The notes: generated by a model from the letters alone, not told the origin. A DNA stretch of 64,000 bases from Heterodontus francisci (GCF_036365525.1 NC_090404.1:13668550-13732549); one strand, 5' to 3'; numbered from the stretch's first letter, positions 23,721 through 37,650 are shown. Numbers and translations: made by a program.

Positions 23721-26440
23721 TCTTCTAGGTGGTAGAGGTTGAGGGTTAGCAAGGTGATGCCTGAGTAGATTTGGTGCATTGCTGCAGTGCAACCTGTAGA
23801 TGGTGCACAGTGCTGCCACTGTACGTCTGTGGTGCAGGGAGTGAATCTTTGTGAACGGGGTGCCAATCTAGTAGGCTGCTTTGTCCTGCATGGCGTCGAG
23901 CTTCTTGAGTGTTGTTAGAGTCGTACCCATCCAGGCAAGGGGAGACTATTCCATCACACTCCTGTCTTGTGCCTTGTAGAAGGTGGACAGGCTTTGCGGA
24001 GTCAGGAGATGAGTTATTGGCCGCAGAATTCCTAGCCTCTGACCTGCTCCTGTAGCCACGGTATTTGTATGCCTACTCCAGTTCAGTTTCTGGTCAATGG
24101 TAACCCCCAGGATGTCGATACTGGGGGATTCAACAATCGCATTGTCGTTGAATGTGAATGGAGATAGTTAGGTTCTCTCTTCTTGGAGATGGTCATTGTC
24201 TGGCACTTGTGTGGCGCGAATGTTACTTGCCACTTATCAGCCCAACCTAGATATTGTCCAGGTCTTGCTGCATTTCTACATGGACTGCTTCAGTATCTGA
24301 GGAGTCACGAATGGTGCTGAACATAATGCAATCATCAGTAAACATCCCCACTTCTGATCTTATGATTGAAGGAAGGTCATTGGTGAAGCAGCTGAAGATG
24401 GTTGGGCCTAGGACATTATCCTAAGCAACTCCTGCAGTGATGTGCTAGAACTAGATGATTGACCTCCAGGAACCACAATAATCTTCCTTTGTGCTAGGTA
24501 AGATTGCAACCAGAGGAGAGTTTTCCCCCTGATTCGCATTGCCAGGGCCCCTTGATGCCATACTCAGTCAAATGCTACCTTGATGTCAAGGGCAGTCACT
24601 CTCAATTCACCTCTTGAATTAAGAACATAGGAGCAGGCATAGGCCATTTAGCCCATCGAGCCTGCCCCGCCATTCAATATGATCATAGCTGATAATCCAC
24701 TTCAGTTCCTTTTCCCCACACTATCCTAATATCTGCTTATTTCACTGTATTTGTTCAGCTCTTTTGTTCATGCTTGTACCAAGGCTACAATGAGGCCAGG
24801 AGTTGAGTGGCACTGGTAGAACTCAAACTGAGCGTCAATAAGCAGGTTAGTGCTAAACAAGTGCCGCTTGATAGTACTGTCTATGACACCTTCGATCACA
24901 TGACTGATGATCGAGAGCAGACTGATGGGGTGGTAATTTGCCGGGCTGGATTTGTCCTGCTTTTCGTGTACAGGACCTACCTGGCCAATGTTCCATATTG
25001 CCGGGTAGATGCCAGTGTTGTATCTGTACTGAAACATCTTGGCTAGGGGCACGGCAAGTTCTGGAGCACAGGTCTTCAGTACTATTGCTGTGATGTTGTC
25101 AGGGCCCATGGTCTTTGCAGTATTCAGTGCCTTTAGTCGCTTCTTGATATCTCGCAGAGTGAATCGGCTTGGTTGAAGACTGGCATCTATGATGCTGAGG
25201 ACTTCAGGAGGAGGCCATGGTGGATCATCTAGGATATTTGTGGAGCCATCTCCTCCTGATCGTTGTTTAATTGTCCACCACAATTCACGACTGCAGAGCT
25301 GAGGTCTGATCTGTTGGTTATGGATCGGTTGGCTCTGTCTATTGCATGCTGCTTATGCTGTTTGGCATGGAAGTAGCCCTGGGTTGTAGCTTCACCAATT
25401 TGACACCTCATTGTGATGTATGCCTGGTGCTGCTCCTGGCATGCCATCCTGCACCATTTATTGAACCATTGCTGATTCCCCTGCTTAATGGTAATGGTAG
25501 AGTGGGGGATGTGCCGGGCCATGAGGTTACAGATTGTGGTTGAGTACAGTTCTGCTGTTGTTGGTCCACAGCGTCTCATGGATGCCTCGTTTTACATTGC
25601 TAGATCAGTTCGAAATGTATTCCATTTAGCACGGTGGCAATGCCACACACCTCGATGGAGGGTAGAATCAATGTAAAGATGGGACTTTGGCTGCACAAGG
25701 ACTGTGAGGTGGTCACACTTACCATTCCTGTCATGGACAGATGCATCTGCGACAGGCAGATTGGTGAGGACGATGTCAAGTATGTATTTCCCTCCCCATC
25801 TGCTGCAGACCCAGTCTGGCAACTATGTCCTTTAGGACTCTGCCAGCTTGGTCAGTGGAGGTGCTACCAAGCCACTCTTGGTGATGGACATTGAAGTCCC
25901 CCACCCAGAGTACATTCTGCACCTTTTCCACTCTCAGTGTTTCCTCCAAGTGGAGGATTACTGATTCATCAGCTGAGGGGATGGGTGGGGCGGGAGGGGG
26001 GGGGGGGGGGGGGCGTGGGCGGCGGCGGTATGTGGTAATCAGCAGGAGGTTGCCTTGCCCATTTTTGATCTGATTCCATGAGACTTCTTGAATCTGGAGT
26101 CGATATTGAGGATTCCCAGGGCAATACCCTCCTGACTGTGTCGCCACCTCTGCTGAGCCTGTCTTGCCGGTGGGACAGGACATACCCAGGGATGGTTATG
26201 CTCGTGTCTGGGACATTGTCTGTTAGGTATGAATCTGTGGGTATGACTATTGCCAGGCTTTTGCTTGATTAATCAGTCGGACAGCTCTCCCAACTTTGGC
26301 ACAAGCCCCAAATGTTAGTAAGGAGGACTTTGAAGGGTCGAGAGGGCTGAGTTTGCCGTTGTCATTACCGGTGCCGAGGTCTATACCGGGTGGTTCGTCC
26401 AGTTTCATTCCTTATTGACTTTTTAGCGGTTAGGTACAAC
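23720..26440 (-). mobile_element. CR1/L2-clade LINE of a second family (APE + RT remnants)
   Basis: VGDFNVHH, LDIVLTN, CAPELAVPLAK, NYHPISLLS. Confidence 0.85.
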
Positions 26441-26519
26441 TGATACGAAACAGGAGCTGCCTCACTGCACTGGAGCCTCGCTCTGTTTATATCACACTTA
26501 GACCCTGTCTCTGTCCATA

Positions 26520-28240
26520 TTCATAGAATCATAGAACGTTTAAGTCACAGAAAGAGGCCACTTCTGTGCCGACTGAAAAACGGTCCACTTATTAAAATCT
26601 CACCTTCCAGCATTTGGTCCGTAGCCCTGCAGATTACAGCACTTGAGGTGCATATCCATTGTCCTCTTCAATTAGTTGAGGGTTTCTGCCTCAACTACCC
26701 TTTCAGGCAGTGAGTTCCAGATCATCAGCACCTCTGGGTGAAAAAGGTTTTCCTCATCTCCCCTCTAATATTTCTACCAATCACTTTAAATCTTTTCCCT
26801 CTCGCCACTGACCTCCCTGCTAAGGTGAATCGGTCCTTCATCTCTACTCTATCCACGCCCCTCAAAATTTTGTAAATATCAATCAGATCTCCCCCCAGCC
26901 TTCTCTGTCCAGGGAGAACAACCCCAGCCTATCCAGTCTTTCCTCATAGCTGCATGTTTCCGCTTCTGGCAACATCCTCGCAATTCCCCTCTGGACCCTC
27001 TCTTGTGCAATTACATCCTTTCTGTAATGAGGTGACCAGAACATGGTACTCAAGTTGTGGCCTAACCAATGAGATACAGTTCCAGCATAACCACCCTTCT
27101 CTTATATTCTATACCTCGGCTCATAAAGGAAAGAATTCCGTATGTCTTCTTCACCACCTTATCGACCTGTCCTGCTACCTTCAGGGATCTGTGGACATTC
27201 ACTCCAAGGTCCCTCACTTCCTGTACACATCTCAGTATTTTTCCATTAATCGTGTATTCCTTTGCATTGTTTGACCTACCCAAATGCATCACCTTACACT
27301 TCTCCAGGTTGAATTCCACTTGCCACTTTTCTGCCCATCTGGCCAGACCATCGATATTTTCCTGCAGCCTACAGCTATCATCCTCGCTATCTACCACACG
27401 GACAATCTTTGTGCCGTCTGCAAACTTCTTGATCATGCCCCTTACATTTACGTCCAAATCGTTAACATATACCACAAAAAGCAGGGGACTCAGTACTGAG
27501 CCCTGTGGAAAACCACTGTAAACAGCCCTCCAGTCGCTAAAGCACCCATCAACAATAACATTTGTTTCCTGCCACTGAGCCAATTTTGTATCCACCTTGC
27601 TGCACTGCCTTGGATCCATGGGATTTTATTTTTTTTAACCAGTCTGTCATGTGGGGCCTTATCAAAAGCAGTGCTAAAATTCATGTAGACCACATCAAAT
27701 GCACTACCCTCATCTGTCTTCCTTGTTACTTCTTCAAAAAATTCGACCAAGTTGACCAAACAAGATCGTCCCTTAACAAATCCATGCTGACTGTCCTTGA
27801 TTTACCTGTGCCTTTCTAAGTGACAGTTTATGCTATCTCTCAGAATAGATTCCAATAATTTGCCCACTCCTGAGGTTAGACTGACTGGCCTATAATTATT
27901 CGGTCTATCCTTAACTCCCTTTTTAAACAGAGGTACAACGTTAGCAGTTCTCCAATCTTCATTCACTACACCTGTATCCAGTGAGGACTGGAAAATGACG
28001 GTCAAACCTTTTGCTATTTTCTCTCTTGCTTCTTTTAATAGCCTAGGGTATATTTCATCTAGCCCTAGTGATTTATCAACTTTCAAGGATGATAATCCCA
28101 TTAATACTTCCTCTCTCTCCATGTTTACCACATCCAATACTTCATACTTCTCCTAAATTACAATATATGCATCATCCCCCTCTTTTGCGAAGACAGACTC
28201 AAAGTATTCATTAAGAACCATACTAACATCTTCCTCCTTA
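26520..28240 (-). mobile_element. CR1 LINE inserted in the 27-bp minisatellite
   Basis: NYRPVSLTS, PQGSVLSPLLF, KFADGTK. Confidence 0.92.
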
Positions 28241-28770
28241 CACATAATACACTAGATCCTTTTTCTGTTATGCTGTACTGAACCCTGTCTCTGTTTATAT
28301 TACTCTAGACCCTGATTCTGTTTACATTAAAATAGACGCTGTCTCTGTTTATATTACACTTAGACCCCTTCTCTGTGAATATTACATTAGACACTGTCTC
28401 TGTTTACATTGCCCTAGACCCTGTGTCTGTTTATATTTTACTGGACCCTGTCTCTGTTTATATTAAACTAGATAGTCTGCTTTTATATTACACTAGACCC
28501 TGTCTCTGTTTATATTATTCTAGACACAGTCTTTATTTATATTAAAATAGACCCAGCCTCTGTTCATATTACACTGGACCCTGACTCTATTTCTATTACT
28601 CTAGGCACTGTCTCTGATAATATTACACTAGACCATGTCTTTGTTGATATTAATTTATACCCCATCTCTGTTTATATTGCACTGGTCCTTGTCTCTGTTT
28701 ACATTAAAATAGACCCTCTCTCTATTTATGGTTACACTAGATCCCGTCTCTGTTTACATTATTGTAGACC
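28240..28770. repeat. 27-bp minisatellite (also 26470-26520)
   Basis: CTGTCTCTGTTTATATTACACTAGACC tandem units. Confidence 0.9.
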
Positions 28771-28774
28771 CCAG

Positions 28775-29705
28775 ATCATAGGAAATACGAGCAGAAGTAG
28801 GCCATTCGAGGTGCTTTGCCGTTCAGCTAGATCATGACTGATCTTATATTTCAACACAATTTTCCCGCACTATCCCCATATCCCTTGATATCTTTAATAT
28901 TTAGAAATCTATTGATCTCTGTCTTCAACATCCTCAATGACTGAGGCTCCGTAGCCCTCTGGGGTTGAAAATTCCAAAGATTCACCACCTTCTGAGTGAA
29001 GAAAATACCTCCTCATCTCAGCCCTAAATGGCTTACCTCTTACTCTGAGATTGTGTCCCCTGGTTCTGGACCCCTCAGCCAGGAGAAACTTCCTTCCTGC
29101 ATCGACCTTGTGGCGCCGAGTAAAAACGTTGTATGTTTATTTGAGATTACCGCTCATTCTTCTAAGCTCCAGCGAATATAGATCCAGTCTCCTCTAGCTC
29201 ACCTCATAGGACAATCTTGCTATACCAGGGATCAGTCTGGTGAACATTCGTTGCACTCCCTCTATGACAAGTCTATCCTTCCCAAAGTAAGGAGAGCAAA
29301 ACTGTATACAATACTCTAGGTGCGTCTCACCAAGGTTCTATACAATTGCAGCATGACTTCTTTGCTCCTGTACTTAAATCCCTTTGTAATAAAGGCCAAA
29401 ATACCATTTGCCTTTCGAATTGCTTTCTGTGCTGCATGTCGCTTCCAGTGACTTATGAACAATGAAACCCAGGTCCTTCAGACGTCAACACTTCCCAAAT
29501 CTCGCACAATTTAAGAAATGCTCTGCCTTCCTATTTTTCCTGCAACAGCACATAGATAGGCAAGCAGAATGGGCAGACAAGTGGCAGATGGAAGTTAATA
29601 CAGAGATATGTCAAGTGATGCACTTTGGCAAAAGGGGTAAGGAGAGGCAATATAGACTGAATAGTACAGTTCCAAAGGGTGTACAGGGGCAAAGGGACCT
29701 GGGGG
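28775..29705 (-). mobile_element. CR1 LINE fragments (28775-29530 minus; 29545-29705 plus)
   Basis: Similar to the 11780 element; EWADKWQME on the plus strand. Confidence 0.8.
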
Positions 29706-29709
29706 TTCG

Positions 29710-29990
29710 ATGCCCCACCTGTGCCGGCACGCGCCGTTACCAAGTGCCACCCCCACAGCCATGGCAACACCGGCGACCGTTAACCGTTTCCCGCTCAAAC
29801 TTCTGGAAGCCGAAAAAAAATCCTTCGATAATCACCACTCGCGCATGCACAGCTGCACTGCTCGGGGAGAAATGTCAAACCGCGCCCCATCGTCGCCATC
29901 TTTGTTAGGGGCAAATCTGCACGAACGCTCTTAAACCAGGCGAAATGAAGCACCACAGCCCCATAGAAAGATTGACACCATTCCCGAAAA
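29710..29990. promoter_or_regulatory. Small CpG island with promoter-type motifs
   Basis: CpG-rich; NRF1-like GCGCATGCAC; YY1-like CGCCATCTT. Confidence 0.5.
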
Positions 29991-30249
29991 GGACATTTCA
30001 CAATACTCCTTGTTTTGTTAAAATATTATTTATCCTTTGCAAGCTGGAGTGAACCTTACTTTCAGTTCTTCTTGGGCGAAATATTATGCAGGTATATTTT
30101 AATTTCAATGTTGTTTTACTTGTACCCGTTCGTCTCCCCTTACAAAGATGTCTGAAATCTCTGCACCTGCCTTTGGGGTTTTCAATGGCGGGTTGGTTGA
30201 CATCCTTCCATCTACAGAAAGATGATGGACTCGCAGCAAACAATTCATT

Positions 30250-30830
30250 TAAGTGAGGTGTCTTTTCTTGGTTCCTCTTTGTTGATGGCTGTGAAGGCCA
30301 ATCCTTGAGAGGTAGGTTCTGCTACAAATGACACACGTGGATCTGCCAAGTGACGCTGTGAGTTGTTTTTTTTGACATTGGCGCCTGTTGTGAAACTGCT
30401 GCAGCAACTGGTCATCGTGGTCGTGCACACCAGTCCACACGATGTGTCACCCCTTACCTCTTTCATCAGATAGTGACTCTGAGGTACAATAGTCGACATT
30501 TGGCATTCAAGTCACACGTGCAAGCACCCTTGAAGAGGAGCTTTAGGCGCCCCAATGGTTGTCTGGCCCTGGCCACCTCACCACACAGACAGTCCTTGGG
30601 TATGCGACCGTCTTACATCCTGTGGACGTGACTGATCATTCCCCGTGGAAGTGAATGTGCCTTATTCACAGCACAGGATCCCAGCATCCAGGTACAGTGC
30701 TGGATGTATCTGGAGCTTGCACAGTGTCACTTTGTTCAGAGCTGTGCATGTGCTGGAGGCACTTTTGCATCAGATGAGAGCAGGGATAACCCCTGACATG
30801 TTGCACCATAGACATTTGACAAAAATATTG
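30250..30830 (-). mobile_element. RTE-clade LINE 3' fragment
   Basis: Minus strand HVHRM*DGRIPKD..GE..R..G motif. Confidence 0.7.
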
Positions 30831-32642
30831 ACTCAGCCACGGACATGGGGCTGCATATAAAGTCTATAGTCGGTAGCGTAGTGTAATGTCACTAAGATTG
30901 GCAATAAATGCTGACTTAGCCAGCGACGCCCACGTCCGATGAAGAAATAATAAAGAATAATTTCATCAAAATACAGTCAGATTAAAGAAAACATTTCTTT
31001 CCATAAATAAATTATCTAAGCATACAAACAACAATGGAGAGCAGCATAACTGTCTGTATTAGGTAGCTACCAAGCAACATAGCATGCAATGCCAATGTGA
31101 GTTGCCTGTGTTGACAGAATAAAGCTAGCTGCATCATGTCACGGAGTGCTAGATGGATCTGACTGCACGATCTCTGAGGATTCACACTGTGTCAGGAGTA
31201 CAAATTCATCCAATAAACCACGATACTCAAGGAGAGGATTGTTATTGTGGTCATTGAGGTGAGGCAGTAGAAAAATCAGCAATCGGAAGATGGATCATTT
31301 CTCACATTGCTATTGTCATAAGACAATTTAACTCGTGATGGTCAATGTTTGTGCAACCTTTCCATCTGATTATAATATACATCTGAAGGCAGGGCAGCCA
31401 AAAAAAACAGTGATCTCAAAATCAGGAGAATTTTATAGGGTGAAGCAGATAGAGTCACGTAAAACAGAAAAACAGATTGGGGCAGGAAGGGACAGAGAGA
31501 TTTAAGATTGGTAGTCAAGACTTGTTTATTCATCTTGACAGGTTGTGAAACCAGTCCCTGGATAATAAAATACAGAAACAACAGAATCTCTCATGGACAA
31601 AATGTAATTGTTTCACCAAAGCTAGTGACAAAATTAGATAAACACAATGAGAAATAAAGAGCGCCCTTCAGTTCTTACAATAAAGGGATTTTCTTAAATT
31701 CACTTATGTCTATATCTCAGTCTATCACTGTCAATTCCGATTCAGCTCTGACCAGATCATTATTAATAAAAAGCTTTTCTGCAAAAGGCTGAGGGGTTGT
31801 TACTGCATGTATTATTCAGTTACAAAATGTTTCGTCACTATCTGTAAGATTGTACCCCAGACTAACCAATTTATGTCCAAGCCAAATCTCACACCTGTTA
31901 GCAAAGGTGCACTTTTAATATATTGCAATAATATGGTGCAGACAACTTTCAAGAGACATTGGGAACTCAGGTTACCTGCCCTCAAACTGGATATTAAATA
32001 ATGTACATTGCAGTTACTGATCTTTGACATACTTGTAAAACTTGTCCCTTTGTCCAATTTGCAGCAAAAAAAGTTAATGACTGTTTCTGACATGGCCATT
32101 GAAACATAATACATTTTACTATGTCTTCCCTGACAGTTTTTAAACCTGCAAATGCTGTATAGATTTTGTTCAGGAATCGTAGCCAGTTCACCGTCGATGA
32201 AGGATTATTAAAGCTCTCCATTACATTGTATTTACAAACTATTGTATATGGGTCAGCAACATCATTTTTATGCCAATATCACTCAGCCCCCATTACACCG
32301 TACTACTGTATTCACGAGGAACTTACAGTGCTGACTTCTGGAACGCCCTTGGATAACCTTGCCTGTTTTCCCCTCAATACAAGTCCTGGAAGAATGCGAT
32401 TCCAAACAGATAGCAGCAGAATTGTGACATTTATCGAGAAGTAAAAGTCCAGAAACTTTCAACATGTCACTGAGCTTGTGTCCCAGGTGAGAGTAATGTT
32501 TGCCAGAACGCTGAAATCGAGACATTCCCTAAGTGACGTTTGCCATTGTAAAATGAGTTTACGTAACACAAGCCTTTAAACATGTGTTTTAAAATAAAAT
32601 AGCTGCCAGGATATTTTAAAACACAAGATAAAGGACTTGAAG

Positions 32643-33380
32643 CAGGGATGTCCAACCTTTTAGCGAGGGGGCAACATTACAATTTCTGTCTTGCAGAGGG
32701 GGCCGGTGAGACAATTTCAGAAAGATAAAGGCATTAAAATGCATCTTACTATTAATCAAAACAGCAACAAATGTCCATTTTTGTCAAGAGGCATTAAATG
32801 AGAAGACTAATTCATTAACTTATTTTCTCATCATTATATTGGACACTGATTTAGTGAGATAGCTAGCATTTCTGTTTCTTGCAGAAGGAGTCAAGGTCCA
32901 CCCCTCTCTCTTTCTCCCTGTCCCTCTCGTCGTTTTCCCCTCTCTCTCTCTACATCTCTCTCCCTGTCTTTCCCTCTGTTCCTATCCCGCCCCCTCTCTC
33001 CGCCTCCCTCTTTCTCTCTGACAGTTGCAGAGAGTGGGAACTCTCAGCTGAGCAGCTTTGTGGTTGGTCTGTTATTTAAAATAACCGCAGGTGTCAGTTT
33101 CACAGCTGACAGGTACGTAGAGCACAGACTGCGCTTCTGAACCTCAGACAAGTTCAGGGTTGCTGACAGATACTTCGAACAGAGAGCGTGCTTCCGAACT
33201 TCAGACAGGTTCTGGGTTTTCGGCGGGCTTTAATAAAAATTGGAACCCAAACGAAAACCACAAATTTGTCCGAGGTTTGGAAGTGCTGTCTTTGCTCGAA
33301 GCGCCTGTCAGCTCTGAAACTTACATTTGCAATTTTTTTTAGCTGCTCTGGTTGGAAAGAAGAAGCCAATGGAAAACTGC
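32643..33380. mobile_element. hAT (Charlie-like) MITE fragment
   Basis: Terminus CAGGGATGTCCAACCTTTT; other end not identified. Confidence 0.5.
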
Positions 33381-33389
33381 TCAACCCGG

Positions 33390-33950
33390 AAATTACCAGT
33401 CACGGACCTCAAAGATTTTACCACAGACACTGGTGTCAGTGTACAGACACGTTGCTGACCCCTGGCCACGCTTCTCTGAGGGAGTTGCCTGTCTTTCACC
33501 GGAATTTATTCATGGTCGCCTCCAGTCAGGGCACTCCCCCATCAGCGGAGGAGAGGGCTCTGGCTGTCCGGGCAGCCGACTCTGGGGACAAACCGACAGG
33601 TGGAGGAGTAGCTGAAGTTTCTGTGACACCCTTCAGTGTGGTTGTTGAGGGGAATCGGGAGCGTGGAGCACTCCAGGCTGACCTGATCCTCGCTCAGCCT
33701 GAAGTGCTCATTGGACCCAAGCCGTGAAATCCTCCTCGGGAGCCGGTCCCACACAACCTGGGCCACCTCTAGGAAATGCCTTCCATGCCATTCCAAACTT
33801 AGTGGAGTGGTTTCCTGTACGGGCTGTTCCTGCACACTCTCCACTTCCTCGTCCTTATCTGGCACCAGGATATGCTGTGGTAGTCCATGATGCCTTCTGG
33901 CAGCGAGAGGAATCCCTGCTGTAGGTCTCCCTATTCGGAAGGCCTGCCCC
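33390..33950 (+). mobile_element. Tx1/L1-like LINE remnant
   Basis: ASLRELPVFHRNL-type motif from the post-RT region. Confidence 0.45.
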
Positions 33951-34589
33951 TATACATCAGGGTCCTGGGTGTAGAGTGCTGCACAGGGCAATCCAGTGTA
34001 ATAGAATTTTAAGTAGGTTCATGGAGTCCTAGGCCACCTGTAATTTCTGCGGCCTGGATGAGTCCATATACAATGTATATGTGGAGTGTGCGAGGTTGCA
34101 GCCCCTCTGAGTATTTAAAGGGCTAACAGAGTAAAGCTCCCTCTACACTGTCCCATCAAACACTCCCAGGACAGTACAGCACGGGGTTAGACACAGAGAA
34201 CATAAGGAATAGGAGCTGGACTTAGACATTTGGGGTAAAGCTCCCTCTAAACCTCATTGGCTGTAAAGTGTTTTGAGACGTCCTGATGCCATGAAAAGAG
34301 CTACAAAAATACAAGGTTTTCTTTAACAGAGGAGAAAAGGCCCAAAAATGGAACAGTCAACAACAGCATTTCAATTAGTCTCCTCTTTTTCTGGAAACGA
34401 ATACTCCACACACTGTATATTGGATATAAAGCTGATTTATTTCACATTTATCCGGAATATTAAACACCAGCCCAGTTATAGGGGTTATTAACATCAGCAG
34501 AAACAAACACCAACTGTCAGAATGAATATGGTTCTGTCCGGGATGTGATTAACAGCATCAATGACAACAGAATCCAACTCCTGCAGTCA

Positions 34590-34706
<117 letters not shown>

Positions 34707-35633
34707 TTACTTGGTTAGTTCCTTCTCAGAGTTAGAACAGGTACACAGCCTCTCGCCAATGTGAGTGAGTTGGTGCTTCAGCAGAGCATTTCGACTTTTA
34801 AAGCTCTTTTCACAGTCAGAACATTTAAAAGGTCTCTGATCAGTGTGGACAAGTTGGTGTCTCAGCAGATGGGATAACTGAATGAATTCCTTCCCACACA
34901 CAGAGCAGGTGAATGGCCTCTCCCCAGTGTGAGAGCGTTGATGGGTCAGCAGATGATTCCTATTTTTAAAACTCTTCCCACAGTCAGAACATGGAAAAGG
35001 TCTCTCATCAGTGTGAACTCGCCGGTGTCTCAACAGGTTTGATGACTGAGTGAATCCTTTCCCACACACAGAGCACGTGAATGGCCTCTCCCCAGTGTGA
35101 GAGCGTTGATGGGTCAGCAGATGATTTCTATTTTTAAAACTCTTCCCACAGTCAGAACATGGAAAAGGTCTCTCATCAGTGTGAACTCGCTGGTGCGTCA
35201 GCAGACCAGATGACTGAGTGAATCCTTTCCCGCACTGGGAGCAAGTGAACGGCCTCTCCCCAGTGTGAATTCGCTGGTGGTTCAGCAGAGAGGCTGACCG
35301 AGTGAATCCCTGCCCACACACAGAGCAGGTGAATGGTTTCTCCCCAGTGTGAACTCGCTGGTGTGTCAGCTGATCCTTTTTACTTTTAAATATCCTCTCA
35401 CAATAAGAACATTTAAAAGGTCTCTGATCGGATTTAACAAGTTGGTGTCTCAGAAGATCGGAAGACTGAATGAATTCCCGTCCACACACGGAGGAGGTGA
35501 ACCGATTCTCCCCAGTGTTACTGTGCCAATGAGTTTCCAGCTGGGACGGGGAATTGAATCCTTTCTCACAGTACCCACATTTACATGCTTTCTCCATGGT
35601 GCGGGTATCCTTGAGTCTCTCCAGGTTGGACAT
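34707..35633 (-). CDS. Tandem C2H2 zinc-finger protein (8 intact fingers, degenerate fingers on both sides; possibly decaying)
   Basis: Repeated CxxC-x12-HxxxH with TGERP/TDERP linkers; acceptor TTTTACAG near 35921; no KRAB seen. Confidence 0.9.
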   Translation of the reverse strand: MSNLERLKDTRTMEKACKCGYCEKGFNSPSQLETHWHSNTGENRFTSSVCGREFIQSSDLLRHQLVKSDQRPFKCSYCERIFKSKKDQLTHQRVHTGEKPFTCSVCGQGFTRSASLLNHQRIHTGERPFTCSQCGKGFTQSSGLLTHQRVHTDERPFPCSDCGKSFKNRNHLLTHQRSHTGERPFTCSVCGKGFTQSSNLLRHRRVHTDERPFPCSDCGKSFKNRNHLLTHQRSHTGERPFTCSVCGKEFIQLSHLLRHQLVHTDQRPFKCSDCEKSFKSRNALLKHQLTHIGERLCTCSNSEKELTK

Positions 35634-36229
35634 TCACTTGAAGTCCTATGCACACACAGAGCAGGTGTACAACTTCACCCTGTTGTGAATAGTGTGATGT
35701 TTCTTTAGGCTGTGTAACGGTTTAAAGTTCTTGACAGGCAGTGCACTAGAACACTCTCACTCGGGTGTGTGTGTCTCGGTGCTTTTCCAGTGACACTGAT
35801 ATTTGAAATCTTTTCCCACAGCAAGAACAGACAAACATCTGATGAATCATGTGACTCTGTTAGATCTTGATGTGCTGCTTGGTTTGTATTTCCCATCTTT
35901 AAATCTCCCCCTTCTGATCCCCTGTAAAAGGAGTTGACAAATACTAGCACTGTCAGTCCAGGATAGAAATTCACAACATTTTCTCCTCCTGCTTGCTGGC
36001 CCAGGATAACCGCGCAAGCGCCCTGCTGCACATTGCCCCCTATAAAGTTAGCAGCTGTTGACCCAGGCCTGTCACGGGGAGAAATCCCACAGCTGCCACA
36101 CTGCCACAACGCGGGACCGGTAGCTTCTTATTCTGGGTTTGAGACCTACACCAGGTGTTTGTAAATCGGATAATGTTCCTTGTTTTATATTGGGTGTGTG
36201 TGAAGCCCGCATTGCCCCAGAGTTTATTA

Positions 36230-36880
36230 ACCTACTCCCCCAGCTTCCTCCTTTGGCTTCCATTTCCCGCACTTTTGTTCGCACCCCATCCCCGTCTCCC
36301 AGAAGCACCATAGAGTTTCCCTTGTGCTCACCTTCTATCCCACCAGTCTCCATATTCAACAATCATTCTCCATAATTTCCCCATCTCCAATGTGATGCCA
36401 CCACTAAACACATCTTCCCCTCCCCTTTAAGCATTCTGATGGGACTGTGCCCTCCACGACAACCTTGTCCAAACCTCTATCACATCCCTTCCCAAGCAAG
36501 CACAGGAGATGTAACGCTTGCTTTTAAACTCTTCCCTTCTTAGTATCCAAGGCCCCAAACACTCCCTCAAGGTGCAGCGGCAATTTACTTGCACTAATTT
36601 CAATTTAACATACTGTATTCACTGCTCTTATACATTGGGGAGACCAAATGAAGATTAGATGACCGCTTTGTGGAACACCTCCGTTCAGTTTGCAAGCATA
36701 ACTCCGAGCTTCTGGTCGTCTGTCATCTTAGTTCTGTGTTCCACTCTCACTCTAAACTCTCTGTCCTCGGCCTCCTACACTGTTCTAATGAAGCTCAACA
36801 GAAGCTCGAGGAACAGCAGCTCATCTGTCAATTTGGCACTTCAGTCTTCTGGACTCAACACTGAGTTTAACAATTTCAGA
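36230..36880 (+). mobile_element. Penelope-like element (GIY-YIG endonuclease region)
   Basis: YCIHC..YIGETK*RLDDRFVEHLRSV. Confidence 0.85.
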
Positions 36881-37319
36881 TCATTTCTGTTACAATTCTG
36901 TGGGATGCAAACAGTAACCCCAGCACTTACCGGCAACTTCAGGATAGATGGTGAGAAACCCCCTGTGTGCAGAGTAAGAATAAAATCATTGTCTCAAATC
37001 CTCCCTTTCTAACACCCTGTAAAAGGAATTTACAAAAGTCATCACTGTCAGTAGAAGAAAGAAATTCAGAACAATTCTAATTTCTAGGGAACATTTTTTC
37101 TTCTTTTGCTCCCCCCAAACTGTAAATCCTCGTCCCACAGACTCTTCCCTCCTCCCTGTGCTGAAATCCCAACCCATCGCACCAACCACACCATTTCTTT
37201 CCTCCACTGCCAATTTTCTCCCTCCCTCTACTCTGACTGGGTTCAGTTCTCCAGCCCCTGTGTGCAGAGTGAGAATCAAAGCAACACGTCAATGATTTTC
37301 TCTCTTTGTCACTGGGATC

Positions 37320-37650
37320 TTGAAGCCCCGCCCACTCTGTGTCGTCCCCAAGATGGCCGCGTATGTGCTCCGCTACCCGCTCAACCAAGATGGCGGCCGT
37401 TAACGCGGGCGTGTTCCTTGAAAAACGCCTCGGGACTGCAAAAGCGGGACCTGGAAGTTTTGATTCGGGGCTTGTAGCCTCTACCAGGTGTTTCTGGAGC
37501 CTCCTCGCCCAGCCGCCGACTCCAAACCTTCCCTCCGCCGCGCTGACCCTCACCACCTCCAAGAGCGACTCCAGCACACACTCCAGCTCTGATCAAAATG
37601 ACACTGCGCATGCTCCAGATACAGTCCAGTCCCGCGCCTGTGCTCTGGGT
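37320..37650. promoter_or_regulatory. CpG-island promoter, probably of the ZNF gene
   Basis: CpG-rich; YY1 CAAGATGGCGGC (two copies, one imperfect); ETS-like CTGGAAGT; NRF1-like TGCGCATGCTC; lies 5' of the minus-strand ZNF exon. Confidence 0.7.
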
